DNA of 64,000 nt. It comes from the human T2T-CHM13v2.0 reference genome, Homo sapiens. Below, piece by piece: positions 44,345 to 59,300 of the stretch. Location: assembly GCF_009914755.1 (NCBI RefSeq), contig NC_060925.1. One strand, given 5' to 3'. How positions within the stretch are numbered: position 1 is the first letter of the stretch; every line of letters begins with the position of its first letter. The translations under genes and the position numbers were made by a program. Below the pieces are notes generated by a model. The model had not been told where the DNA came from. It worked only from the letters and a program-made list of their open reading frames with translations, and ran no database searches.

Positions 44345-44826
44345 TCATTTCTTATTGCTGCTGTAACACATTACTTAAAACAACACAGATTTATTATATT
44401 ACAGCTCCGGAGGCCAGATGTGTGGAATCAGTTTCACTAGACTAACGTGGAGGTTGTCCGCAGGGCTGGCTCCTTCCCGAAGATCAGGCGGGGGAATCCG
44501 TTTCCTTGCTTTTCCAGCTTCCAGAGAGGGCCTGCCTTCCCTGCCTCGTAGCCTCTTCTCCCACCACTCCAGCCTCCTGCTTCACCATCACTCGTCCTGC
44601 TTCCTCTTCGGTAGCTTCCTCTGCCTCCCTTTTCACAAAGACACTTGTGATTACGTTTAGATCCCACCTGGATAACCCAGGATACTCTCCTCCATCTCAA
44701 GATCCTTCATTTAACCACATCCTGCAAAGTCCCTTTTGCCAGGATATCCAGGGATTAGGAGCTGGATATTTTGGCAGGGTGGTGGTCGGTGGGGCAGGGG
44801 GGGGCATTATGATTCAGCCTACCACA
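44345..44826 (-). mobile_element. MaLR LTR (MLT1C/D-like) inside a MIR
   Basis: ttattgctgctgtaacac...aaaacaacacagatttatt...gaatccgtttccttgcttttccagcttccagag...attcagcctaccaca. Confidence 0.8.
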
Positions 44827-45242
44827 TTATGCTTTTGACCATTGTGCTAAATCTAGTTTAATCTTCCTAACAATCCTAGGAAGACGTTGTCATTATTTCT
44901 ATTTTACAGATTTGAAGACTAGGGCTCCAAGACGTCAGCTGAACTGCCAAGTGTCACCCAGGTAGTAAATGGCACAGCTGGGACAGGAACCAAGAAGTGA
45001 ATGACTTGCTCCTTCACACCTGCCCTGCCATCGGAGAGGCGGCACTCAGGACAGGCAGGGCCTTGGGGGATTCCGAAGGAGGTGCTGCTTTTGTTACTCT
45101 CTAGACTGAGCCCTCCTGACATCCTAAGCCCACTGAAAACCTGATGCGAGCTATGAATTTGCTTTCCCTAGAACAAGAAGCATTTACAGAAACACACCAT
45201 GTATTGCAGCTAGTTTCTGGGAGTTCACGGGCCCCAGGTTAG

Positions 45243-46123
<881 letters not shown>

Positions 46124-46293
46124 CTCTCTGTAGGATTCGGTACTATCTGCAGTTTTAGACATCCACCAGGGATCTTGGAACACATCCCCCATGTATATAC
46201 TGTACAGAATTTCAGGTTTGCAGGAGACAAGAGTTCTGGAGATTGTTTGCACATCAATATGAGTAAACATAACATCACTGAACTATATACTTA

Positions 46294-46626
<333 letters not shown>

Positions 46627-49600
46627 TTATATTACGTGTATCATACCACTTTTTTTTTTTTTTTCTCAAAAAGACTGCTCTAAACTGAGAGCTCTTGCAG
46701 AGCAAAGACCACATCAGGTACATTCTTGCGGCTGGTGCTGGGGAGGAGCTCAACAGATGTCTGCCCGCGACAGCTCAGCAGGTGGGATGGGTGATCGGCT
46801 GCCTCCCGCTGGCTGTGGCTAACACTTCTAGAAGCCCTGCACACCGGAGAGTAAGCAACCAGCCCAAGCCTGGCTAAAACCAAAAACAATAAAAAGCCTC
46901 GAGAACTGAGAATGTGGAGGAGGAAGACAGGACAAAAATAAATCCAGTCACTGCTGTGGTCAAGAAGAGGTGGCTTTCACCCATTCCTCAAAGGAACCTC
47001 GAAAGGGAACGAAAGGCCCCGATGTTAATTTTAGAAATAGCTTGAAGCCCTGTCCAACTTGAGAGTGACTCTGTGCCTCTTCCACAGCTTAAAGTACCTG
47101 GACTTTTTGACAGTTGTGCTCCTCTGCTGCCAAATGAATGGGGGTTGTAATCCACTTGAGGATCTTTTAAACTTCACTGCTGTTTGTATGAATTTGGAAG
47201 GAAAAACCAAACCTCCTCTGAGAGCTGACTCACGTCCCTTTGGGCATTGTGCCAGGCCCTCAGAAATCACCTCATCTGCCAACCCATCTATAATACCCTG
47301 TCTGTAAAAGCATCCTTCTGCTTCCACTGGCCAGGAAGATCGCAAAGGAAACCATGTAATTGCAAGAAAAGCCAAGTCAGAGAGGCAGGTGACACGTGTT
47401 TTATGACCAATGAGGGGCAAAGCCATAGAAAGTTCAGAACTGAGAGTGGGTGGGAGCATAAATCCTGTTGCCATTGTGGTAAAAATGGGTGGCACTCACT
47501 GTGGGAACCTTGAAAGGGAACAGAGTGCCACGATGCTGCTTTGCAGAGGGTCAGGTGGTCACACAGCATCCTGGGGTGGTTTATTCCCTCCGGGTCTCCC
47601 CTGTCTGCCATGTTCCAACAACCATCCCAGATCCTCCTCCCTCTAATTGGGATCATATTAAATAGCCTTTCCACCAGTGACAGAAGGAGGTGGGCTCTTA
47701 GTGGAGCCCACTCTGTAAATATAGAGTAACAACAGGAATCAGAATGTTCCACTGGAAACAGGTGGGACTTGTCCTCCCCATACAGACTATAGAAGATGTT
47801 TACAGGACTTTCTGCAACCATCCTCATCAAGTATAATCCCAGAAAAGTAACAGCAAGCTGATGGGTTTATTCAGGTAATATCCAGGAGACATATTTCTCT
47901 TTAAAAGGAAAAGGAATTTGCATGTTTTGTTATGGCCATCCCTTATTCCAGTTTAACTGGTCCCTAAGAGGCTCTAACTACAGCAAGAGGGATTTTGGTT
48001 AGAGAGATTGTCAAACCTTGAAGAAGGGTAGAGACGGAAAGAGAGAGAATTTGAGGGAAGATTCCTCCCAGGGAAATGTTTTCAAAATGAAATCTGGACC
48101 TATTCATGTGGGAGAGAATGCCCACCCCAGAAGCAGGGGATTGACCTATATGGGCTCCGAAGTTCTTTTCATGCTGTTTCCATTGAGCTGCCTTCCCTTG
48201 CCTGTGATGCAGGCAGAAGTTTGATTTTTTTTCTATCCCTGAAGGTGTTGGCAAAACAGAAAGTTTCTCTCCTTCAGCCAGGTCTCAGGCAACTTCTAGT
48301 GTGTATTTCCCCACCCTTTTCATTTCCCAGCCAGAGAAAGGGGAGTTCCTTTAGTTGTGGTCCTCGGTTCTGTACCAAGAGCAGGAAGCTCCTAACCCCA
48401 AACCATCGCACTCAGGAATATTCTCACCACAAACACCTAGAAGCCAATCTTTCCACTCCAAATGGAGATGGACAGGTCAATCAGAAAGAACGGGCTATTG
48501 AAAAGCTGTAATAAATCATGTGCCAAGTGAGGTGTCAGACATGCAAACCAGGGAATACAAAGTCAGAGAGTTGTAAATGAAGTAGTGGGTTGAAGAGCTA
48601 GCAGTGGCCTGGTTCTCTCTGCCCACAGCAAAGGCCCAGAGCCAGCTTGTGCACCACCCCTCCTCTTGGCCAGGAAGGTACCCAAATGTCTGTTCCTTGG
48701 TAAGAGGCTGACCCTGAAAAGTTTACACCTGGAGTTTCATCCCTGTATCTTAAAGCAAATGGGGTGATGGGGAGGGATGTCGGGGGCATGGGAGGGTGGC
48801 AGACCCCAATGCAGCCTAGAGACAAAGCCACCAGGCTTGGGAATTAACAGACTCCATTTAAAAGTTATAAACCACCTAAAAGGATTACCATTAATGACAG
48901 TGATTAATGCAAACTGCAAAGTAGCAATAAATCATTAATTATACTTTCAATTTTTAAAAACTCCAACAAATCAATATTAAATCTTATAGAACTTATTCAC
49001 TATGCTGGGGACTGTTACCCAACTGTTGTGGGGGGAAAGGCAGAAATAGAACACAAAAAGCCTGCAGTGAAATACCTCTAAGAATGGCTGGAGTAGTTAA
49101 CTTAGCTTGACTTGACCTCGTTAACGTAGTTGACTAAGCTGACTTAGTCAAGGAATACTAAAGACCTGCAGTTGGAAACCCGACCTGCCCCAGATCTCCA
49201 AAGTCAGTGTGGAGGCGGATTCATTCCAGGGTTTGCACATAATCTGGGTGGGAGAGCATCCGTCATTCCATCACACTGGATCCTTTCCCCCATGCATGCC
49301 TTTGTTCCTCACTGATGCATCCAGCCCTCGAATGTGCACAGCACTGTCCCAGGGCTAGAGGTTCTGCCTGGTGGTTTCCTGTTGTGCGTAGAATGTAGAC
49401 AAATCCTCTTCCCAGGACCACCAAGGCTGTTGTGCTCATCTCCTTCTTGACACACAATCTTTCCGAATGCTGTTCCCTCTGCCTAGAATGTTCTTCCCTT
49501 CACTCTATGTCAAGTTAATCCTATTCATCCTCTGACTGGATCAATCTAGGCTCCTTGGAGTACTTACCACAGTTGTAATTTTACAGTCATTTGTGCAATT

Positions 49601-52600
49601 ATCTGACTAATGTCTGGCCTGTTCTGAGGCTATAAGCTGCTTGAGGACAGAGACCATGTCTGTTTCTATGTCCATGTTTTCCCCAGAGCTTGCCCTTAAA
49701 CATAGATGCTTAATAAACACTTGATGAATGAAAAAATGAGGCACACCTCAAAGGAGCTCAAGGTCCTGGTGGGAGAGACTCTCTTTGGCTCTCCATGTAA
49801 ATGACTCCATCAGCCCTCTGCTGCAAGATCAGTCTTGCTTGTGAAGAACTGAGTCCTCTGATGGGATCAGGGACCCTCTGAGAGGAGAAAAAACTTGCAT
49901 TATAGAGGGTAGACTATTGTTATGCTCTTTATTATCTTTGACTATTGCCTTTCTGGTCTCCCTTTGAATTAGTAGATTATTCAGCTGTCTTGAGGCCCAC
50001 AAGGAACAGGCATTTTGGTCCATGGATCAACCATGGACCAAAGGTGGACCTCTGTGGAGGGCTCATTCACAGAGGTGCAGGAGCAGCAGTATGCCTGAGG
50101 CTAGGCATTGTGCATGGAGGTGGCACTGGAGGGAGGAAGGACTTTGAGCCCATCTAGAAAGAATGCTGGGATCGATTGGTTATGTCTGTTATGGATGCAG
50201 CATGGGAACCCAGTAGCGAGCCTGTCATACATTGACCAGGCATACTCTGAGGAGGCAGGGAGCTCGTTTTCACTGACTTCCTAGAGAGCTCTTTTTCATC
50301 CAATCCCTGAGGATGTCTGCTCTGTGTAATAAGGGGGGCTATTTCTTCACAGTTAGTTGTCATGGCTGGATTTCCCATAGCTGGGTGGTTCCATAAGTAG
50401 CCTATACTTAGTTACTGAGACAGGCATAAATTTAGGTCTTTCACATTTACACGGAAAATTCTCTGAAACGAGTCCTGTGAGAGAATGACATCCTAACGTG
50501 CCCAGGAAAGCAGAGGGACCACCATGCCCGTCGCCCAGCCCCTGTGGTCTGTGACACTTGTGCAGCCGCTGGCTAACCAAAAACTGAAGGTCTGGGATTA
50601 GATTGCCTTTGCGTAATCTGGGAAGCCAAGTCCCTTTTCTGACTGGCTTCTGAAGAAAGAATCTGGTCACCCATTGGTAGGCTGACTGCGTGAAAGAACG
50701 CACTTTGCAAACATAAGAGCGCACACAGGGGCCACCCCACAAAGCCACCTCTGCAGTGGTAGTGTCGAGTCCCCCACCTACTGATCACAACGTGGTAAGG
50801 CTTCTCTGAAGGTTCCAGGACCATCAGTTCATGTCTGGAAGTACGGTGGAAGCTGCACATCATTCACTGCTGTGCCACACATTCCCTGAGCCACCCTTCT
50901 GTCAGATGCTGTATAAGGCATGGGGACTCAAAGAGGCACGGGCCTGGACCACCCTCATATAACTCAGTAAATGAGCAGTGATGTAAACAGAGGAATATAT
51001 TGCATATAAGAGGTGCAGCAAGAGACGTCTGTATGCATGAGGCTCCGTGGGGGCACTGAAAGTTGGTGGGGGTGGGTCAGGGAGGACAGCTCAGGCTTAA
51101 GAGATGAGAACAGCACTTGGAAGGAGGAGCAGTACATGCAGAGGCCCAGAGACGTGGACCTGTGGGGCACAGGGGACTCCAGGGTAATGGGCACAGGGGA
51201 CTCCAGGTTGACTGGCACAGTGTTCCAGGAGGAAATGGCACAGATGTGGCCGCAGAGCAGGGCAGGGCCAATTCTGGAGGGCTCTATCTGCCCCCCTGGG
51301 GAGTCTAGACTGTATTCTAAGGACAAGGAGGAGCAGCCAAAAGTTTTCAGACAAGGACAAGGTCCAGTGTGTGTGTCTGTTGGATTCCTCACAGCTGTGA
51401 CGATGAGGTGAGGTGGTGCAGAAAGGGTGAGGAGGCAGGGTACAAGTTAGAGGCTTCCCTAACAGTCCACATAAGACCTGGTGTTGGGGGATGAGTGGAG
51501 GTGGCGAATACTGCAATCGAAAGGTAATTTATGCCCACTGGAAAATACCTTGGAAGATATACACTCAGCAGTGACTGAGAAAGAGCTCATAAATTCTTAT
51601 TGCCAGGTCCACATTTCTCCAAGAGTCTGGCCTCCCAGGACCATTTTCCTGGTCTCCACTCCAGATCTGAATTCTTGCCCCTCCCCTGGTCTCCATAGCT
51701 CTTTGTTATTAGTCTGTCTTCTTTGAATTACAGTCCACAGAATATCATCTCCCACCCGTCTGGGAAGAGGTTGAGGGCAGAGCTGGCATTCCACGTCTCT
51801 GTATTTCCCATTGGTGCCAAACATACACACGCACGTACAGACATGCTTTCATGCACACAGAGATGTCTAGATATCATTTTTTATTGGGTAAAAAAAAAAT
51901 TTAGGTGCAGGGACTGCCCAAGTTACAATTCATCTGGCTGCATAGGCTCACGGTGAACTAGTTACAAATTTGTGGTTTGGGAGACAAGTCATGATTCAAC
52001 CGATTCAACCGATTGTGTCCGTAAAGCAGCTGGGTTCAGAAGTGTCTGAAGCTGGGGGCCTCTGCCGCTGTCAGCATGCCAGCTCACTGGTCGATGTGCA
52101 CAGCGAACGCTGGCCAAGCTGTGCAAGGCACTCCGGTGGCATTGGTCAATAATGGGGCAGGCAATGAGGCAGCGCCCAGAGGATAAGACACATCTTTTTT
52201 TGATTGTGTGGCTTGTTTTCTTGAGGAATGAAAGGGTTTTCCAAATGAAGATAGTAGAATGGAAACAAATGCAAAACCAGAAATGAAAAAGGCGTTTGGG
52301 ATCTAGGACTTAAATGTATCTAATCCCGGTGTGCTTGTGGACATGGGGGTGATCTGCTTGGCTTCATCAGCAGCCTGCGACAACTAGTGGCCTACAAAAA
52401 GCTAGCCCTGCGACAGTGTCATCTCACTCCCAATGAAGCCAGTCTCCGAAGGAGAGGAGAGGGTAAGACCATCTAGAATATCCACCTCGTCCCTCCCCCT
52501 AGAACAGGAGACAGAGACAGCAGTGAGGCTGGGCTCACAGGTCTGGCCTTGGGGTCCCTTAATGCTCATACTAATGGTTACCATATTACCTGACATTCTG

Positions 52601-52634
52601 TAGTAGGTTGTCCTAATTTCTGTAGATAATCAAG

Positions 52635-52770
52635 GATGGTGGAAAAAACCTGGACTTCGGAGTCAGGCAGAGTAGGGTTCGAATTCTGACTCCTCCACTG
52701 ACTGGCTGTGTGATTTTGGGCAAGTTAATTAACCTCTCTGAGCCTCACTTTCCTGAGGAGATAATACTGT
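52635..52770 (+). mobile_element. MIR SINE
   Basis: ggagtcaggcagagtagggttcgaattctgactcctccactgactggctgtgtgattttgggcaagttaattaacctctctgagcctcactttcct. Confidence 0.8.
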
Positions 52771-54268
52771 AGTACATAGCGAAAGGAAGTATTAATAGAA
52801 ATAAATCTCACAATACCAAAGTAACTTTCAGAGGTCGCCCTTGAAGCTACAACCCTAATTCATTTCTTCCTCCATGACCCCCCATCACTGCCACATTCCG
52901 TTCTTTGTCTGCATCTGAATTTACACGGACTTATTTGATTGATTCCTTGTTATTGCCTGTCCCTGTGCCTTCCCACTAGCCTGGAAGCTCTATGAGGGCA
53001 GGGATCATATCTGTCCTGTTCATTATTGTGTCCCCAGTGCCAGGAACAGTGTAAGCACTCTTTCAATTTTTGGTAAATGAATTGAATGAGAAACACAAAG
53101 CTTGGCATATAGCAGATGCTGGAGGAATTCTGATCAGTGTGACCCCAGAGACCTAGAAGGACCAGAGGCGTGGACACAGGGGTGTGGCTCTGCCTGAGCA
53201 AGTCTCTGTAACTTGCTGTGTGGACTTTTAGGTGTCTTCTCTCTCTAGGCCTCAGTTTCCTCATCTGTTCAATAAGAAGGATGGTCTGATGATGATCACT
53301 GAGGCCTTCTCCAGCACTCTCTGGCTCTAATTGTCTTGGATCCTCCACATGGGCTCTGGACTAAATAGAACAGGAAATCCAGCTCCATCACTGGAGCCTC
53401 CATTTGTAACTTTCAGCTCCATGACTGCCATACTAAATCATCCCGAGAGGCCAGGGTACAATTCCTGGGACAGGGTAGATATTGCAAATTGCCAGCAGCA
53501 ACTGGTAGCCCCACTTCTCCACTCCCCCAACCCTTATGGCCCAGCCACCCTCTTGGACTCACCAAGACACATCTGTTAGCCTCAGACCTGGTTTGAACAA
53601 ACAGGAAGAAAGGAAGGACAGAAAATAGGTGGGCATTGACCTGTACCAGGCCCTATGCCAGGTGCTCTGACACACAGTGCTTGCCTGGTCCTCTCCATAG
53701 CTCAGGAACATCATTATCCCCATTCACAGATGAGGAGAAGGTATATTAGTTATACCCATGAAGGCAGCAAATAGCGAGGCAGGACATTCGCCAAGCCTTC
53801 TAACTCAAAGTCTCACACATTGAACAATTTGGTGGAGTTTACACCCTAGGCCTCTTATCTCTGACTATTAATCAGGCTATTCCCAAGTGTAATTTATGGC
53901 AAGAATACACTACTAATTCAGGAGCAGCCTCTATGGGAGACATTGTTTACACTAATGTAGTAATAAGAGCAAAGAAAAGAGCTGACATTTCTTAAGGGTA
54001 ATGGGGACCACAGTGACAAACACATCACAAGCATTCTCTGGTTTTGTCCCCACAAAAACTCAATGAGTAGGCACTGACACTGTACCTACTTTGCAGATTA
54101 GGGGCACGAGACTTACAGAGTGTGTGAAGTTACACAACTAAGAAGTGGTGGAGCCAAAATTCAAATCCTAGTCTCTAGTTCCAGGCCTTCCATCCTACCA
54201 CCTCACTATACTGTGGGCAGACTGGTGAGACCATTGCTATGAACTAACAGTCAATTACACAACACTGA

Positions 54269-54595
<327 letters not shown>

Positions 54596-56127
54596 TAATG
54601 ATTTATACTAACACAGTTCTTATTATATGATCAAACTGAAAGGAAAAGAGGTCAGTGGTCTCCAGTCTCAGCCAGCATTAATGCCAAATGGATTGGGTCA
54701 TACTGTGGGATTAGGTCACACTGTCGGATTAGGTCAAGGGCTCAAGATCACTGTCACTCATTGGATGAATGCACAGCAGTGCCAGGCATCTCCGTGTTCT
54801 AGCCAGGGCACCTCTAGAGATTATCCCTGTGAACTGTCCAAAGAGCGTAGCCAGAGTCTCCAGAAAACGAGGGCAGGCTGACCCGCTTTTGGAGCCCACA
54901 GAGACTTTCAACCCATAAAGTGAAGCCACCAGGGTTGTGTCCCCTCCCCTGCATAGGGTCATGTAGGAATTTGCTGGAAATGCCCTAGAGTGCAGTTGAA
55001 AAGGCTTAGCTCCTACTGAAAGCAAGGAGAGCCTCCACTGCCTCCTTCCTGAATCCGCAAGTGCCCTGGGGTGGGGAGACCTGTGCCCCTACAGCGGACA
55101 GCCAGCTGATCGTGGTCTGGAGCTTCTTGGTCAGCATGGTGGCCTCATCCCACAAGAGATCTGGCAGCAGAGCATGGGACCCAGGAAAGGTCACTGAGAT
55201 TAGTTCTGTAGCTGAGCATGAAACTGACTTTGTGCTGGGGCAACTGCAGCTCTGCATCCCACGTTGGGAGGCAGCCACCCCACCTTTTGCTGCCTGCATG
55301 GTCCTGGGCAGGTCCCTTGACCTGGCAGCACCTCAGCTGCCTCACCTGTAAACGGAGGCCACATTCATCCACTCACATGCAGGCGAAGGGTGTGACGTAT
55401 GCATGGGAAACAGCCTCGTTGAACTGTAGATTCCTGAACGAATGTAAGGGAGTTTGATTTTCTTATTTTGGATCCCAAAGTCATCATTGTCATTGTGCTG
55501 TTGTGATGATTCATTGGCTGTGTTCTTACAGAATGGGACATATAAGCAGCTCACTTGGAAATAAAGGGGAGAGCTTGTCCCAGATCACAGCCACAGTCTG
55601 GAATCATGAGGGCCACCTGCCCCTGCTTGAGAAGGTGTAAGTTTCTTCCTTCACCCATCCATTCTATCGCAGATGGATTTCCATTGCTTTCCCACCAGGG
55701 CCAAGCTCCTGTGCTGATATTGGTACACGGCGGTGGCCCCCTAGCTTTGCTCTGTCCTCACAGAGCTGTTGCTCTACCACAGGACACAGATAAGGAGTCC
55801 AGAATTGGCTCAGAGGATCTTTCTGGCCCAAACCCTCACCCAGGAGATGGGTGCTCAGGGCCGGTGATTGTTAAGAGATCCCAGTACAGAGCTCCGAGCT
55901 GGCCTTGTTATAACCTGGTGAGGATGCTAGACCCACAGGAAAAGCAGACACCACCCCACCCTGAGAAGACTGACACTGGCACCTCCTACCTGGGCACCAG
56001 TTCTGATGCCAGCCAGCCTGAGAAAGTGACTTCCTGGGGGCCCATTAAGCAGGAGTTCCTTCCCTAGACTCCAGGCTTCACCGGGAGATGCCTGTTAGGA
56101 GGAAACAGATTAGGACTGTATCCATCA

Positions 56128-56397
<270 letters not shown>

Positions 56398-59300
56398 TCA
56401 AAAAGAGAAAGAAAAAGATTCTATACACCAAGCTGGCCAGTGGACTCCAGCCTCCGTCCTCCTTTCTTTAGGATTCTGGGGGAGATGAGGAAAGGAGGTG
56501 GGGGGGAGAGCCTCACCCCCAACACAGGAGGCCGTTCAATTTTACCTGGAAAGCCCTGCTTCTTTTCTCACTGTCCCCAGCTAAAGGGAACCATTTATCC
56601 CGGCAAAGTAGAAGAAGGCCGTTTGCATTCTGAAATGAAGCATCAGCGTGCAATGACAGTTAAGGTCCCAAGATACCCCCGGAGTCACTTTTTATTCTTT
56701 TCTATCCACAATCATTAGGGGAAAATCTCTCTGCAGCTTCTGTAAAACCCATTCACTAGAGGGAAATAGATCAATGAGAAAGCCAGAGCCCAGAGAGCCT
56801 GTGCTGGCGGCTCTGAAGCAAGAACATCCATTCTTCCCCAAGAGCCTACGCCAAAAGGACAAAGGATGCTCGCTCCCACCCCCTGAAAGAAGAGTTAGCC
56901 AAAAAAGTTCTTTAACTAGGAATCTATTTCTTATCCTTTATTCAGTAAGAACAAAATCTCTTTCTGAGAGTGACATATCTTACACTTCAAACAAGTGCAA
57001 CTTTTGCCACTTATTTTTAAGTGCGCTTGCCTGCCAAAGGGATAGCAGGAATCCAGGGGGAGGAAGAGGCAAGATGGTGGAGGCACAGCTGTTTCCATAG
57101 CTGGCATCTCTAGCCAACAGCTGCAGGACCTGGAAGAGCTTGAAGAGCTGACACCCCCGGAGGATGCACAACCCCGGAGTGAAAGACTCGGCCTCCGGGG
57201 CTCTGTTTGCTGATGTCAGCACCAAGTCGGGGCGCGCCAGGAACGCTCTCAGCAGTCTGATGGGAGTGGGCATGCAGGCAGCAGAAGAGGAAGGGGCCAA
57301 CCCACAAGAGCAAGGGAATAAGAACATGGCCTTTGTTCACTTGTTTCTTGATTGGACAATTATTAGCACTTACTGCATGCGGGGCACTGGCAGTAGGGGT
57401 GAGATGAAATAATAATAGTAACAAAAACAATAGCAGCTACCATACTGAATTCCTACCCTGTACCACTGCTTTCTGAGCATTATTTCATGTAATGGGCACA
57501 GCAACCCCTTTAGGAAGGTACTGATATTAGATGAAGAAACTGAGGCAGAGAGGTTTAAACAACTAGTCCAACAGCTAATAAAAGGCAGAGCTGGGATTTA
57601 AACGTGGATCTATTTGACTCTTGGCTAGAGAAAGACAAATGGTTGATGTGGGCTTACTGAGCTTCTCAGTATGAGCAAGGCACCAAACCTGCATGGAGCT
57701 CAAGCCACTACCCCGCACCCAGGAGCTCACTCCAGAGCCAGGAAGGAGGGGAGTTTGAAAAAACACAGGGAGCAGGGGTGGGTAAGATCTATTCTCACCC
57801 CAGGTGTTCAGTGACCTCAGGGCAGCTGGCCAGGGGCAGGGCCCAGGAAGTATGGAGCCCAGCCCTGCTGTAGAGCCTGATGTCCAAGCTCAGGGGCTCA
57901 GCATTATCCAGAAATCACCAGATGGTAAGAAATCACCAGTGGTGAACAGAGGATGACCTACTCAGTCATGGTTTAGGAAGACCAACAGCTGCAGACTAAT
58001 ATGGATAACCCAAGAATATGAGGCAAAATACAATTTCTACACTATTAAAGAAAAAAAAAAGATCCATTCATCAAAACCCTCCAGCCAGGGCTAGGCATGA
58101 GACTTAACCCCAGGGACCTGAATGTTCCCACACAGCTCCACCTACTAACATGGGTGTGCATGGAGCCCCATCCAAGAGGCAGACCCACACAGGCCCAGTG
58201 GCTTCGGCCTGGGTTTCCTCTGGCTGTCACTGTTAGGCTCCTTTCCTGGCCATATTCTCCAGCTGCACCAGCCTTTCTACTTAGTTGTTCTGCCTGGTTG
58301 GAGGGGAGAGGCTCTCTGTCTTTGTGAGGGCCCTTTTCACGCCGTGCATGACACCTTCCCACTCTGGCCTCTCTCATAGCTCACTGAGGCTGTGCCAAGT
58401 GCCTTATGTTAGGGATGGAGCAATTCACCATGGAGTCACCTGGGCTGCAGCTGTATGTACTGGACTTCAGACTGTGGCCAGGCTTTGTGAAGTGGCTCAA
58501 AAATGCCCCCAGGCCCTAGACACCAATGAGCCTGAGGGCCCTCCTTCCCTGCCCAGAGTCCTAGTGACTCTGGAAGCCTAGAAACAAAAACAGACATTTC
58601 TGACCACTAGCAGGGCACAGGGATGGGTTAGCAAGGCTTTCACGCAAGCCCCAGGCTACTGTAAACATTTTGCCACAAGCAACACTGGGCTGCAGATGAA
58701 AAAGGCCAGCAGTATGGAGCAGGTTGCTCCAACAGAGGCAGTGACACTCTGAGCTATAGGTCAGCAGTGACACCTGTCATTTGGGGATGATCTGGTGTCA
58801 TTATTAGCTCAGTAAGCCCTTTATAAATAAACACGTTCATCAACATCTGTCTGCCTTGAGACAGTTGTTTTTCTTCAAAACACAAAAACTCACAAGCCCA
58901 TCAAACATTTGCCTGCCCCACTGTAGTCCCCAGGCAGACATGAGTTTGCATCCTTCACGTGGCATATTTTACAGTTAGAAACCAAGGAGCGTTGAGTCCT
59001 GTTTTTAAGTGTGTTTGACCAAGAGGGAATGGGAAACATGCCAGGGTGTGATGTGGCCCTGGGCAGTGTACAGCTGTTCCCACAGCTGACGGAGATTCCT
59101 ACAGTTGCCCGCCACACCGGCCAGCAAGCTGTTAATCTGAGCGAGAGATGTGTGACCATTTGGCTGGAGGGGACAGGAAGGAGGCATCTGCCCAGGCAGC
59201 AACCATTCTCTCTACAGAGCCTCACACACCAAGGATTCACCCCTCCCTCCTTTCCCACTCACCCATGGCCACCTTACCACATGAGCATTCCCAGAGGAAC

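Noticed and set aside
57215-57240. Possible REST/RE1 site (TCAGCACC half-site; similar halves at ~6740, ~30190 and ~41472)
   Set aside because: The GGACAG half is missing or wrongly spaced in every case.
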